A DNA stretch of 64,000 nucleotides, from contig CAWGVS010000002.1 in NCBI GenBank assembly GCA_963826115.1, forward strand, positions 32,001 through 96,000, given 5' to 3'. The stretch comes from an uncultured Candidatus Rokubacteria bacterium (GTDB taxonomy: Bacteria > Methylomirabilota > Methylomirabilia > Rokubacteriales > DASRDR01). Position numbers and translations under genes: made by a program. The notes beneath the pieces were generated by a model. That model did not search any database. It was not told the origin of the DNA and saw nothing but the letters and a program-made list of their open reading frames with translations. Below, in pieces: positions 1-10,800 of the stretch (the first letter of the stretch is position 1; every line of letters begins with the position of its first letter).

Positions 1-1683
1 GCGCTGGGACCACGCGCGCGGACCCTCTGGGCGGGCACCTTCCACGGCTTCGGGGCCTGGCTCCTGCGGCGCCACGCGACGGCGGTGGGTCGGACGCCCG
101 CCTTCACGATCCTGGATCGCGACGACACCCGCCGCCTCGTCGCCCGCCTCGCGAAGGACCTGCGCCTCGAGGGCGACCTGCCCACGCTCGTCGAGGCCCT
201 GGAGCGGGCGAGGACCCCCGAGGTCCCTGGCACCCCAGGCCCGGCGGCCCCGGCGCGGTCCCCGATCGCGGCGCTCCGGGTCGCCTATGAGACGCGGTGC
301 CGCCAGGCGAACGCGTTCGACTTCCTGGACCTGCTGACGGAGCCGCTCACGTTGCTCGCCCGTGAGCCGACCGTGCGGGTGGCGCTGCGGGCCCGCTTCC
401 GGGCGGTGCTGGTCGACGAGGCGCAGGACCTGTGCGCCCTGCAGCACGCGCTCATCGAGGCGCTCGCCGCCCCGGACGGGGCGCTGACCCTCGCCGGCGA
501 CGATGATCAGGCCATCTACGGCTGGCGGGGGGCGGACCTGACGCGCCTCCACGCCTTCGAGCGCACGTACCCCGGCGGCACGGTGCTGGCCGTCGGCCGG
601 AACTACCGGTCGACCCCGCAGATCGTGACGACGGCCGCGCGGCTCATCGCCCACAACCGGGCCCGGCGGCCCAAGCCCCTCACCGCCGTGCGGCGCACGG
701 GGCCCGATCCCACCGTCCTGACCTGGCCGGACGACCGGGCGGAGGCCCAGGGGCTGGCCGCCGCCTGCGCCGACTGGCTCCGCGCGAGTGCCCCGCCGAT
801 CGCGGTCCTCGCACGGGTGACCGCCTGCCTGACGCCGATCGCCCGCGCGTGCGCCGCGGGCGGGCTCAGCGTGCGGATCCTGGCGGAGCGGCCCCTCGCC
901 GAGCGCGCGGCCGTGCGCGACGTCCTGGCCGTGTGCCGCGTCCTCGTGAATCCGGCCGACTGGCCCGCGTGGGAGCGCGTGCTGCCTGCGCACCGCTGCG
1001 GGATCGGCGCGAAGACCGTGGCCACCCTGCGCGGTCGCGTCGCCGTGGTCGGGGTGACCGAATCGTTGGCGGAGGTCGCGCGGACCCGCCCCCGGCTGGC
1101 GGCGCTCCTCCAGCAGCTCGCGGACTGGCGGGCCGCGCGGCTCCCGGTGAGCCAGCTCCTCGAGACACTGGCGCGGGACGTCAGCGGCCAGCCGTCGAGC
1201 ACGGGCCGATCGACCACCGCGGAGGCCGAGGCACGCCGAACCGAGGACGTCGCCGCGCTGGTGGCCGTCGCGCGGCGATGGGACGCGGACGGCGGCGGCA
1301 GCCTGGGCGAGTTCCTCGACACCCTCGTGCTGAGCGACGACGACCCGGGCGCCCCCGCGGCGACCCAGGTGCTCGGTCTCACGCTCCACGCGGCGAAGGG
1401 GCTCGAGTTCGACACCGTGGTCATCGTGGGCGCCGAGGAAGGGCTCCTGCCCCACTACCGACACACCGTGCCCGAGGCGCTCGCCGAGGAGCGACGCCTC
1501 TGCTACGTGGGGATGACCCGGGCGCGGGAGCGGCTCGTGCTCTCCGTGGCCCGCATGCGACGCCTGTGGGGCGAGGTCGTCTTCCGACCGCCCTCGCGCT
1601 TCCTCCGCGAGGCGGGGCTCGACGTCCAGCCGGCCTCCCCGAGCGCCATCACCCCCACACCACAGGAGGTCAGTCCGTCATGA
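1..1683 (+). CDS. UvrD/PcrA/Rep-family SF1A DNA helicase, 5'-truncated by the window edge
   Basis: Frame open from base 1 (GTFHGF). SF1A motifs: VLVDEAQD, GDDDQAIYGWRGA, RNYRST, TLHAAKGLEFD, EERRLCYVGMTRA. Confidence 0.92.
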   Translation, partial: ALGPRARTLWAGTFHGFGAWLLRRHATAVGRTPAFTILDRDDTRRLVARLAKDLRLEGDLPTLVEALERARTPEVPGTPGPAAPARSPIAALRVAYETRCRQANAFDFLDLLTEPLTLLAREPTVRVALRARFRAVLVDEAQDLCALQHALIEALAAPDGALTLAGDDDQAIYGWRGADLTRLHAFERTYPGGTVLAVGRNYRSTPQIVTTAARLIAHNRARRPKPLTAVRRTGPDPTVLTWPDDRAEAQGLAAACADWLRASAPPIAVLARVTACLTPIARACAAGGLSVRILAERPLAERAAVRDVLAVCRVLVNPADWPAWERVLPAHRCGIGAKTVATLRGRVAVVGVTESLAEVARTRPRLAALLQQLADWRAARLPVSQLLETLARDVSGQPSSTGRSTTAEAEARRTEDVAALVAVARRWDADGGGSLGEFLDTLVLSDDDPGAPAATQVLGLTLHAAKGLEFDTVVIVGAEEGLLPHYRHTVPEALAEERRLCYVGMTRARERLVLSVARMRRLWGEVVFRPPSRFLREAGLDVQPASPSAITPTPQEVSPS

Positions 1684-2942
1684 GCCTGACCGCCGCCGAG
1701 ACCACGGCCGAGCGGCTGCCGCGGGTGAGCCCGTCCCGCCTCGAGGCCTGGGACCGGTGCCCGGCCGCGTACCGGTTTGCGTATGTCCTGGGGCTGCCGC
1801 AGCCGGTGGCCGACCAGGCGCCACGGCTCCTCGGGTCGGTGGCCCACGCGCTCGTCGAGACGTACGTCCGCGAGGCGCAGACGACGGGGACTCCACCGCC
1901 ACTCGATCGGCTCCCGGCCCTGGCGCGGGCACTCCTGAGTGGAAAGGCACTGCCGGAGGCGACGACGGCGGGGCTCGCTCGTGAGGCCACCGAGCTCGTC
2001 CGCGCGTGGCTGAGCCGTTGGGCCGTGCCCCTGGCCCACACCGTGGGCGTCGAGCACGCCCTCGCGATCGATGTCAGGGGTGCGCGCGTCGCGTGGGAGG
2101 CTCCGGACGCCTTCCTCCGCGGCCGGCTCGACCTCGTGGCCGTGGAGGGTCGGCAGGCCACCGTCTACGACTGGAAGAGCGGCTGGCTGACCGAGGACGA
2201 CGAGGGCCTGCGGCGCGCGTGGGCGCCGGGCTGCTACGCCGCCCTCCTGTGGGCGTGGGCGCCGCGGCTCGAGACGGTCGCCGTCGAGTACCACTACCTG
2301 CGCACCGGCCGCGTCGCCCGGACGACCTTCGCCCGGGCGGACGCCATCGAGACGCTCGCCTGGGCCCGGACGATCGCGGCCCGCATCGCCGAGGCCCTGG
2401 CCCGCCCGGACGATCCCGCCGCCTTCCCGCCCCGGCCCTCGACCGCCTGCGCCACGTGCCCCTGGGTGAACCGGTGTCCGGCCGGCCAGGCCGCCCTCGA
2501 GGCCATGGACGAGGCACCGATCCCCGACGACACCGAGGCTCGCCGGCTCGGGACGCTCCTCCTGGCCGGCGAGGCGCGCGTGGCGCGTCTCCGCGAGCGC
2601 CTCCGGCAGTACCTCCAGGACCGCGAGCCCCTGGCGCTCGACGGGATGGAGCTCGGCTTCTTCCCCACGAAGGGCCGGTACGACGCGGCGGCCGTCTTCC
2701 GCGCGGCCACCGAGGCCGGGGCCGATCCCTGGCCCCTCCTCGCCGCCGACGGCCGCGCCCTCGCGGCCTTCCTCAAGCGCCGGCCCGACACGGAGCGGAC
2801 CCTGAGCCCCGCATGGACCGCGACGCCGCCGTGGTTCGGTCACCGGAAGGTCGCCGCTTCGCCAGGCAATCGGCGAGCGAGGACGTCCTCGGGAAAGGGG
2901 ATGCCCGCAGAAGCACCAGATCGAGAGCAGCCCGTCCCCTGA
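1680..2942 (+). CDS. PD-(D/E)XK RecB/AddB/Cas4-like nuclease
   Basis: ATG 1680 overlaps the helicase stop (ATGA), RBS AGGAGG upstream. SPSRL..W.RCP, GSVAHALVE, RGRLDLV...DWKSG, and C-terminal CATCPWVNRC (4-Cys Fe-S staple pattern). Confidence 0.85.
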   Translation: MSLTAAETTAERLPRVSPSRLEAWDRCPAAYRFAYVLGLPQPVADQAPRLLGSVAHALVETYVREAQTTGTPPPLDRLPALARALLSGKALPEATTAGLAREATELVRAWLSRWAVPLAHTVGVEHALAIDVRGARVAWEAPDAFLRGRLDLVAVEGRQATVYDWKSGWLTEDDEGLRRAWAPGCYAALLWAWAPRLETVAVEYHYLRTGRVARTTFARADAIETLAWARTIAARIAEALARPDDPAAFPPRPSTACATCPWVNRCPAGQAALEAMDEAPIPDDTEARRLGTLLLAGEARVARLRERLRQYLQDREPLALDGMELGFFPTKGRYDAAAVFRAATEAGADPWPLLAADGRALAAFLKRRPDTERTLSPAWTATPPWFGHRKVAASPGNRRARTSSGKGMPAEAPDREQPVP

Positions 2943-3067
2943 TCCTCCCCGGCCACGTCAAGTGCAACCCGATCGCGCCTGGTTCGGGACGCGGGGACTC
3001 CCAATCCCCCAGGGTGACGGCTTCGTGCACGAGCTTGGAGACCCCGCCGACGACGCAAGGAGAACGC

Positions 3068-3283
3068 ATGCCCACCCTCGGCATCCGACAGGAGCCCACA
3101 GCCCCGGCAACTCCCGTTGCGGAGATTCCGGACCGGCACCAGCGACCCGGAGTCATCATCACCGGGTCGTGCTCGGACTCCGCGTTCGTGGCGGCCAAGG
3201 TCCTCATCTGCGCCGACACGCTCAGCGCCGAGGAAGCGATCCGGGTCTGGCTCGAAGCACACGGCATCCGGGTGGGCGGCTGA
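3068..3283 (+). CDS. small hypothetical protein (71 aa)
   Basis: AAGGAG RBS before ATG 3068; no family recognised. Confidence 0.4.
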   Translation: MPTLGIRQEPTAPATPVAEIPDRHQRPGVIITGSCSDSAFVAAKVLICADTLSAEEAIRVWLEAHGIRVGG

Positions 3284-3650
3284 CTCCGGCTTCGCCGACC
3301 GGTCGAGGACACGCGTGAGCCAGCCGTCGACCAACTCAGTGGAGCCGCCCTCCGCCAGCACTCCGACCGCGCTCCGGGGCCATCGGGGCAACCGAAGCAG
3401 TCAATCCGATGAGCGCCAGAACCTGTCGACGGTGCCGAAAGAGGACAGATGAGCACGTCGCCTTCCTCTCAGTGACGCGAGCCAACGGCTCAGAGCAAAT
3501 CCGCCTTCACCGAGTTTCCCTGGTCGCCGCGGGCGGCCGAGGAAGGCTTCCACCGATGGCGGGGCCACCGCCGGTGGCCGCGGACCGGCAAGCGGGACAC
3601 GGGGCGCGTCAGAGGGACGGCCGCGGGTCGGACAGGTCAGCATCGCGACC

Positions 3651-3827
3651 CTGTCACCCCGCCTCCTACCCGCTCGGGAAGCCGCGAAATACCTGGGGGT
3701 CAGCTACGACAAGCTACTCGATCTTCGCTCGGCCGGAACCGTTCGACCGCTGTCCATCCCGGGTCTGCGGAAACTCGTGTTCGACGTCCGGGAGTTGGAC
3801 GACCTGGTTGAGCGGTGGCGAGCCTGA
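3651..3827 (+). CDS. excisionase-like HTH (HTH_17/MerR-like) protein, absent from the ORF track
   Basis: Manual translation LSPRLLPAREAAKYLGVSYDKLLDLRSAGTVRPLSIPGLRKLVFDVRELDDLVERWRA*, ~95 bp upstream of the integrase. No in-frame ATG/GTG; CTG start or an indel is assumed. Confidence 0.7.
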   Translation: MSPRLLPAREAAKYLGVSYDKLLDLRSAGTVRPLSIPGLRKLVFDVRELDDLVERWRA

Positions 3828-3922
3828 CCTGACCCGGCCTCGTCCAGCTTCCCTCAAGTGACCCGTCGTGGAAGCACCAGAGATGGCAAGGCCCGTGTGG
3901 GCATGAACACGGGGGAGGAGCG

Positions 3923-4978
3923 ATGGGATCGTTGTTCAGGCGGACGAACTCCCGGAACTGGTGGATCAAGTACTGGGCGAACGGGCGTCAGCACCGGGAG
4001 AGCACGCGGACCGAAAAGGAGAGTGAGGCACGACGGGTCCTCAAGGAGCGGGAGGGGCGCGTGGCGGCGGGACAGCCCGTGCTCAACCGCGCAGACCGCG
4101 TCCGGTACGACGAAGTCGCCCAGGATCTTCGGACGCACTACCGAACCACGGGATCGAGGAATGTCGAAGAGGCCGGGTACCGGCTCGATCATCTGGACGC
4201 TTTCTTTTCCGGGTATCGCGTCGCGCAGATCACCCCTCGGCATGTCGAGAAGTACGTGGAGAAGCGCCAGGCCGGGGGGACCTCGAACGGAACGATCAAC
4301 CGCGAGGTGGCCGTCTTGATTCGCATGCTCCGGTTGGCCTACGAATCGGGAAAGCTTCTGCGCGTCCCGGTGATCCACAAGTTGAAAGAAGGCGCGCCAC
4401 GCCGGGGATTCTTCGAGCGCGAGCAGTACGAGGCCGTGCGGCGGTACCTTTCCCCCGACCTGCAGGTCGCCGTGGCACTCGAGTACGCGTTCGGCTGGCG
4501 ATGTCAGAGCGAGGTGCTCACCCTGCAACGGCGCCAGCTCGATGTCGAGGCCGGCACCCTGCGCCTCGAACCGGGCACCACGAAGAACGACGAGGGGCGG
4601 GTCGTGTATCTCCCGGCGGACCTCAAGAGCCAGCTGGTGGAGCAACTCGAACGCGTGCGGGCACTGGAACGGAAGACCGGGAGGATCGTTCCGCATCTGT
4701 TTCCGCACCTTCGAGGACGACACCAAGGCCAGCGGATTCGGGACTTCAGACGGGCGTGGGTGACGGCCTGCCGAAGGGCAGGCGTGCCCGAGATGCTACG
4801 TCACGACTTCCGGCGCACCGCCGTTCGGAACCTGGTCAACGCCGGAGTGCCGGAGCGGGTCGCCATGACCGTGACGGGCCATCGCACTCGGAGCGTGTTC
4901 GACCGGTACCACATCGTGAGTCCGGCAGACTTGCGGGACGTTGCCCGGCGGCTCACCCCGCCCGAGGACCCACGCTGA
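3923..4978 (+). CDS. tyrosine recombinase / phage-type integrase
   Basis: N-terminal arm-binding-like WWIKYWANGRQHRESTRT. Catalytic set R (GWRCQSE), K (TTKN), HDFRR, GH, Y (FDRYH). RBS GGAGGAG. Confidence 0.95.
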   Translation: MGSLFRRTNSRNWWIKYWANGRQHRESTRTEKESEARRVLKEREGRVAAGQPVLNRADRVRYDEVAQDLRTHYRTTGSRNVEEAGYRLDHLDAFFSGYRVAQITPRHVEKYVEKRQAGGTSNGTINREVAVLIRMLRLAYESGKLLRVPVIHKLKEGAPRRGFFEREQYEAVRRYLSPDLQVAVALEYAFGWRCQSEVLTLQRRQLDVEAGTLRLEPGTTKNDEGRVVYLPADLKSQLVEQLERVRALERKTGRIVPHLFPHLRGRHQGQRIRDFRRAWVTACRRAGVPEMLRHDFRRTAVRNLVNAGVPERVAMTVTGHRTRSVFDRYHIVSPADLRDVARRLTPPEDPR

Positions 4979-5033
4979 ACCGGCTACATTTCCGGGTCCA
5001 GCCAGGGGCGGGCACTCGCACAGCCCCCTGGCC
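4810..5033 (+). repeat. direct repeat copy 1: integrase 3' end, arm-like sites and hairpin
   Basis: Aligns by eye with 15341-15560, e.g. ccgttcggaacctggtcaacgccggagtgccggagcgggtcgcc is identical. Confidence 0.9.
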
Positions 5034-5347
5034 AGGCGGAGGTGTGCGTACCCACGCACAGTTGCTGAGGTACAGATGCTGCGTCTGCGCTCAGCGGTCG
5101 TCGGGCGACTCACGAGCCACTTCCCTACTATCCATATTCCGCTGAGTGCGCTAGCCGGGGCCACGCGTGGGCATCTCAAGCGCACCAGCGCACACGCGGT
5201 CCCAGCCGAATAGAATGCAGCAGGCAATTCTGCAGACGGCGGCGAGCCGATTGACCACTTTCTCGCCTGGCTGAGTCCACACGCGTCCGCCTCAGTGCAG
5301 AACGTGCACTGGCTTCGTTTGACGGCTAGCAAGACCAGTGTACGCGC

Positions 5348-7643
5348 TCAGCACTTCCACCACGACGGCGCTCCGACCACCGTCGCTCGATGTTGCCGCG
5401 TTTCGACCACGAGACCTTGCGGGGCCGACAACACCCGCCGGATCGGGTCCTTCGTACGAACTCCGCCGACGCGTCGGCCGGTGGGGCCGAACCACGAGAA
5501 CGCCTTGGACTCGAGTAAGCCGAACCCAGTATCACCAACCATCAGGTCGCCTTGGCCGAACACGTCAACAAGGGCCTCCAGACGATCCTCCGATAAGACG
5601 TACAGGCGCGTGTCGGTCAGCAAGTAGAGATGCGAGTCCGTCTGAATGATGTGGCGCGGGACCGCGCCGAGGTCGTACACACGGACCGGGACGCCTCGGT
5701 CGGACACTTCAACCACCTTTCCGGAATAGCCGGCCAGAAAGACGCGGTTGTCGCTGGAACCGAAGTTCGTGGCGTAGATCCAGTCGGAGGCATGCTTCTC
5801 GGAAACGCCCATGCTAAGGGTGATTTCCAGGCCGAGCGCCCCGCCAGGCGTGCCGCCTACAGGAACCTCCATTCGTTTGCGGCTCAGAATCTTCTCGTAG
5901 GTGACCCGCTCGACCTCGTCGGCGCCGATCCCGCGGAGATCCGCCCCGGTAAGTAGCTCCATTGCGGCCGCGAGCTCCTGGAACCGCCGGGTGGCGTCCG
6001 GATCGTTGGGATTCCTGTCCGGATGCCACCGCATGGCGAGCCGCCGGTACTGGCGGGTGATGTCCGCCGGCGCCACCGGCAGTTCGAGTTCCATCAGTTG
6101 GAGGGCTGTTTCGACGTCGCGGCTAGTGCCCAAGCGCTCCACGCGAGGAGTGGCGACCTTTGTCCACCCCTCCTGCGCCGGCAGTCGGATGCCCCACAGC
6201 ACCTCCCCAGTTGCGGTGGACATGCACCAGGCCTCGTCGACGACGGTCACCAGGTACCTGGACCGATCGGCCGAGATGGCGACGGACCTGACGTGGGTCC
6301 GTAGTTCCCGCGGGTCGATCCCGAGCCGCTCGGCTTGGGCTCGGTACTCAGGAAGGTCTTCGACGCGCTCCGTCAGGATCTGCTCGATTCGGTCCGAATA
6401 GCCGTGGAGCACCCCCTCGCGGGACATGAAAAGGATCGCCGAGCCGTCTGTATTGACGTCCGCGCGGTATACGCCGTGGGCGAGACCACGCTCGGCCACG
6501 ACTGACCCCGCCCGATCGGTCACCCGAAGTACCGCCGCCGCGTCGTCGAAGCCTTCACGGCGCCCATGGGGATCGAGCCAAAACGTCGAGCCACTGGTCG
6601 GGAAGGTGTCTTTGTAAGCGGGGTCCGGGCGCTGTTCCGGTGCGAGCTTGTGCTCAGAGAGGATCCGCCACCCTTCGCCGTCGGCCGCGAAGCGCTGCGC
6701 CGCTTGCGGAGCCGACGCGCGCCTGAGACTCGCCTCGGCAACGCGCACGGTCTCCGCCCAGACCCGGTCGGCGTGGTCCTCCGTCTCCTGCTGTTGCCGC
6801 CTCTCCCAATGCGCCGGTGCCTTTGGGAGCCGGACATACGGGAGTGCGGCGAGGTCGATTTCCCGTGCGCCCAACGGCGAACGCCGTGGGCGCGACCGCA
6901 GCACCGGCGCGATGGTACGCGTGGACGGCTGCGGCGGCGGACCCGTGCTCGTCAACGCCGTGGACACACTCACTGCCGATACGTCGGTGGCGACCGTCGG
7001 GTAGAGCTGGAGGCTCGATCCCTTCTTCACTCGTCGGATCCGACCAGCTTTTTCGAGCCACGCCGCGAGCTGAGAGACGCGGCGGCCATCCGCGACACCA
7101 AGGTGGGCTTTGAGCCCGGACTGCGCGAGTCCCGGTTCCCGGCGCACCACACCCATGATGCCAACCACGAGTTCAATATCCGCTTCCGCCTGCTCAGCCG
7201 ACGGCAACCAGTCGCGGAGCTCACGCACGCCTTCCAGCGCGGCGCGAAGTTCCCGAATACCCTCGCGATCCTCCAGGACCGCCATGAGCGTCGGCGCCGT
7301 GTGCACGGCATGTGACGTCCTGATGTCGAATCTGCCGTACTCACGCTGACACTCCCGGACGAACTGCGACATGATCGCGTAGGTCTCGCGCGCGGCGGCG
7401 ATCGCCGATCGATAGTCCTGATCTGCCTTTCCCCGCTCGATCACCGCCGAGAGCTCGAAGTAGCGGTCCGATCACCCGGCCTTCGACTTGGCCGCCTCGA
7501 GTGCCGTGCGCACTCGCTGGTTCCGAGGCGGATGCGATTGATGGCTTCGCCGGCTCGTCGACCGCTGCGGTGCTAGGGTGTGCAGACGTCGGCTTCGCCG
7601 CGGAGATGTCACCGCCGAACAGTCGCTTCAAGAAGGTGACCAT
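5348..7643 (-). CDS. J-domain (DnaJ, HPD) protein with winged-helix-like segment and beta-propeller-like repeats; frameshift near 7472
   Basis: DITRQYRRLAMRWHPDRNPNDPDATRRFQELAAAMELL is a J-domain with HPD. ORF 7341-7643 (MVTFLKRLFGG) likely supplies the N-terminus; the long frame is open up to SDRYFELSAVIER. Confidence 0.7.
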
Positions 7644-7888
7644 CGCATCGCCTCGAGGCAGGAGCGCCGAAAGAGAACAGAAGGAATCAAGCGACTTGCG
7701 AAGCGCAGAGTCGGCGAATTGGCTGCCAGTCTCCGGTGGCCTTCCGGCTCATGAACTACCCGGGCCCCCTGCCCGCCGGGTCCGATCCTTAACCCGGTCG
7801 CGACGTCGGCGATGTCCGAGGAAGTGCCAACGTGGCTCGCGCGGCATCCTCGCACGTCGCACCGAGGTGCTCCCGACCGCCGAGGCGT

Positions 7889-10800
7889 TCATCGTCGGCG
7901 CACAGCCCGTTCGAGAGCGACCGCGCGGACGAAACCGTCTTCCGTATCAGCATGAACGGGTCCGCTATCCGGCACCATGGCAGCCGCCGCCAAGTAGTCA
8001 TGGGGCCTGCACGTGAACACAACGATCTGAAAGGAGCGAGCCTTGTCTATGAGCAACGCGCGGAACCAGTCCATACGGTCGCCGTCGCTCTGGACCAGCT
8101 GATCATCCAGGACGATGGTCGTACAGAGGTACTCCCCAAGGGAGATGCGGTACAACGTCGAGAGCTGCTCTCGCGTTCCGACCGAGATCCGGTCGATCTC
8201 CCGAGCCGCCCCGGCTGCTAGTACGCCCTCTGTGGCGAGGTGGGCGGTCAGCTGCACGCCCTGGTAACGCTGTTTCGTCAACTCTTGGAAGCGACCCGCG
8301 ATGGCTGGGGCAAGGGCCTGGCCCAGATTGTTGGCTTGAGCGGCGTCGGCCTCCTTCATCTGCTCGAGCAGGAGCCGCCATGCCTCATAGTCCTCTTCGA
8401 TCTCTCGCTCCTGGCGCTCGGCGAGGTCGAATGCCTCCAAGGCGTCGCGTAGCCGCTCGCGTGCTACGGCGCCACCGACCTGCTCGAGCGCACCGTGTGC
8501 CCGTTGCATCTCACGATCGATATCATCGAGGACCCGTTCGGCGGTCGCCAGGGTATCCCGAGATGCGGACAGCTCGCCCGCGCTGATGTCCCGCGCTGGA
8601 ACCGGAAGAGCGGTGTGCCGCGCCGATGCCGTGGAGAGCATCGCCTCCGCGGCATCGAGATCGTGCGCGGCGCGCAGTTCCTGCAGATCCGCAAGGTGGC
8701 GCATCTCGGAGGCGTGTTCGGCGGTCGCCTGTGTGACAGCCTCTTGAGCAGTGTTGGTGGCCGTGCGCGCCGCATCCGCCTTGGCGCGCGCACCGGCTAC
8801 GGCTTCCTCCATCTTCCGCGTGCGTGTCTCGATCGAACGCTCCAAGGCGCCGAGCTCCGCCGCGATCCTCTCCCGATCCGAGAAGGCGGCACGGAGGGAC
8901 TCTTCGGCCGCGCTCGCCGACTCGGCGATGCCAGATGGAAACTGCCGAACGGCGGCGTCCCGCGTCTGCTTGGCGGCGTCGAGAGTCGCCCGTGCCGCCC
9001 GAACACGCTCCTCCGCGACGCTGTGCGTCGTGGCCGCCTCTCTCGCCGCGCTCCTCGACTTTTCCGCCTCCTGCGACGCTTGTTGGCGACGAGCCCCGAG
9101 GGCGGTGCCCGGATCCTTGCCCAACCGGTCGAGCTCAGCGCTCAGACTCTCGAGGGACACGTCGCCGAGGGCCGCATGGCAGGCCTCGGCACGGGAGAGA
9201 GCCGCGGTCAGCGCGTCTTTCGCGCCGGCGAGAGCCGAGATGTCCCGGCGAACGACATCCAAGGCCCGGTCCATTTCTTTGAGGCTCGCATCCAGCTCCC
9301 GCGCCTCCGCCACCCGCGTTTCGAGCACATCCAGATCAGACGCGCCGGCCGCGGCGAGGTGCGGCGCCACCTCACCCGCCCAGCGGGCTTCCAGGCGGCG
9401 GACAGTGTCCTGCGCCTCACGGCGCCCCCCTCGGACACGAACGGTGGCGAGGTCGGCTATGCCGACTTCGACATCACTGTTCGCTTCGATCTCGAACGGC
9501 TGCGCGATGACTCCCGGATCGTCGTGGGCCCCGTCCTTGCGGACGTGGAGGTCGAGGGGGGCCCGCGGAGTCACGGTCACGACGAGGCCGACATTCAACG
9601 CCCCGCGGGCACCCGCCAGGTTCGCCGCGAGGGCTCGCATCGGCGCCAGGGCTTCGGGAGCGGGGACAATGATGGCGGCACGGCGCTTCGCCGCCTCCAC
9701 GCGTTCGGCAACCGTCTTAAGCAGTTGCGCCTGAAGGCCGGCCTCCTTGTCCACGCTGGAGCGGCTGTTCACGACCTGGCCGTCGGCCGCTTGCGCTGCC
9801 AGGGCGCGTTCCAGCAGGTCATACCTTCGCAGTTGCTCACCGACCGCCCTCTCCCCTTCGTCCGCCCGGGACCACTCCTCCCGCACCTGGGCGGCCATCG
9901 CTTCCAATCTGCCGTGTTCCTCCTCGGCGCGCAGCACTTCATCGACGCACTTCTGCGCGGCGGCGACTGCATCGATCGCCTTTTGGGCCTCCATCGCCAC
10001 CTGCTCCGTTGCGGACCTGCGAAGTTCAAGGCCTTGACGCGCCACGGTGTCGGCCATGGCCGGATCCAATCCCGCTGCGCGCGCGGTCTCCTCGGCGGCC
10101 TTCAGACCATCATCCGCTGTAGCCTGGACGTCCCGAGCGATCTTCAGAGCCTGTCTAGCGTTGTCCCGCTTCCCAACAAGCAACTCGACGTTCTGACCGG
10201 CGACGACAACCTCCTCATCCATCTTCCGAATCTGGCCGACCGCCTCCCGCGCGACACGGACGCACTCTGCACCCGCCGCAAGCTCCTCGGTCTGCCTGGT
10301 GAGCAGCTCCACCGCGGCGAGCCCTTCCGTGGCGACCCTTAGGTCCTCCTGATACTGGACGCGCTTCGACACCAGGTCCCGAAGCTGACTCTCCACGCCC
10401 TCGGAATCGTGGACCACCTTCTGCCAACGCTCCTTCTCCTCTCGCGCCGCGTTCAGGCGGTCGGCGGCGGCCTTGAAGACACTCCCCCGCGCCGTCTTCT
10501 TGGCACCCTTGTCCGTGTAGGCTGCGTCTCGTCTGGACTGCACTTCCCGAAGCAAGCCGACGAACAGCGGATCCTGCGCAAGCGCCTGCAACGCCGCGGC
10601 GATCCGTTCCTTGCCCGTTGGCGCGGTGTCGCGTTCCAGGCTTCCCTCAAGGATCGCGCTGACGTCGGCCTGTGTGGACAGCAACGCGGTGGCCAGAAAG
10701 CTGGTCGGAAGACCCTTGGCGGCCCCCGAGCCGCCCGGCTCGGGGATTCCCCAGCGCAGGATCTCCCGCAGTCTGGCATCGACCCTCCGGGCACGTTCCA

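Noticed and set aside
1680-2942. Cas4-like nuclease as evidence of CRISPR-Cas
   Set aside because: No cas1/cas2 or other cas genes and no repeat-spacer array seen in the window; context is helicase plus integrase.
5043-5060. Palindrome TGTGCGT-accc-ACGCACA at the edge of the cassette
   Set aside because: Spacing (N12) differs from the N10 enhancer motif and it occurs once; no function assignable.
7750-7880. EVPTWLARHPR, resembling an IS630 transposase motif
   Set aside because: Only about 7 matching residues, no continuous frame or terminal repeats; cannot be supported.
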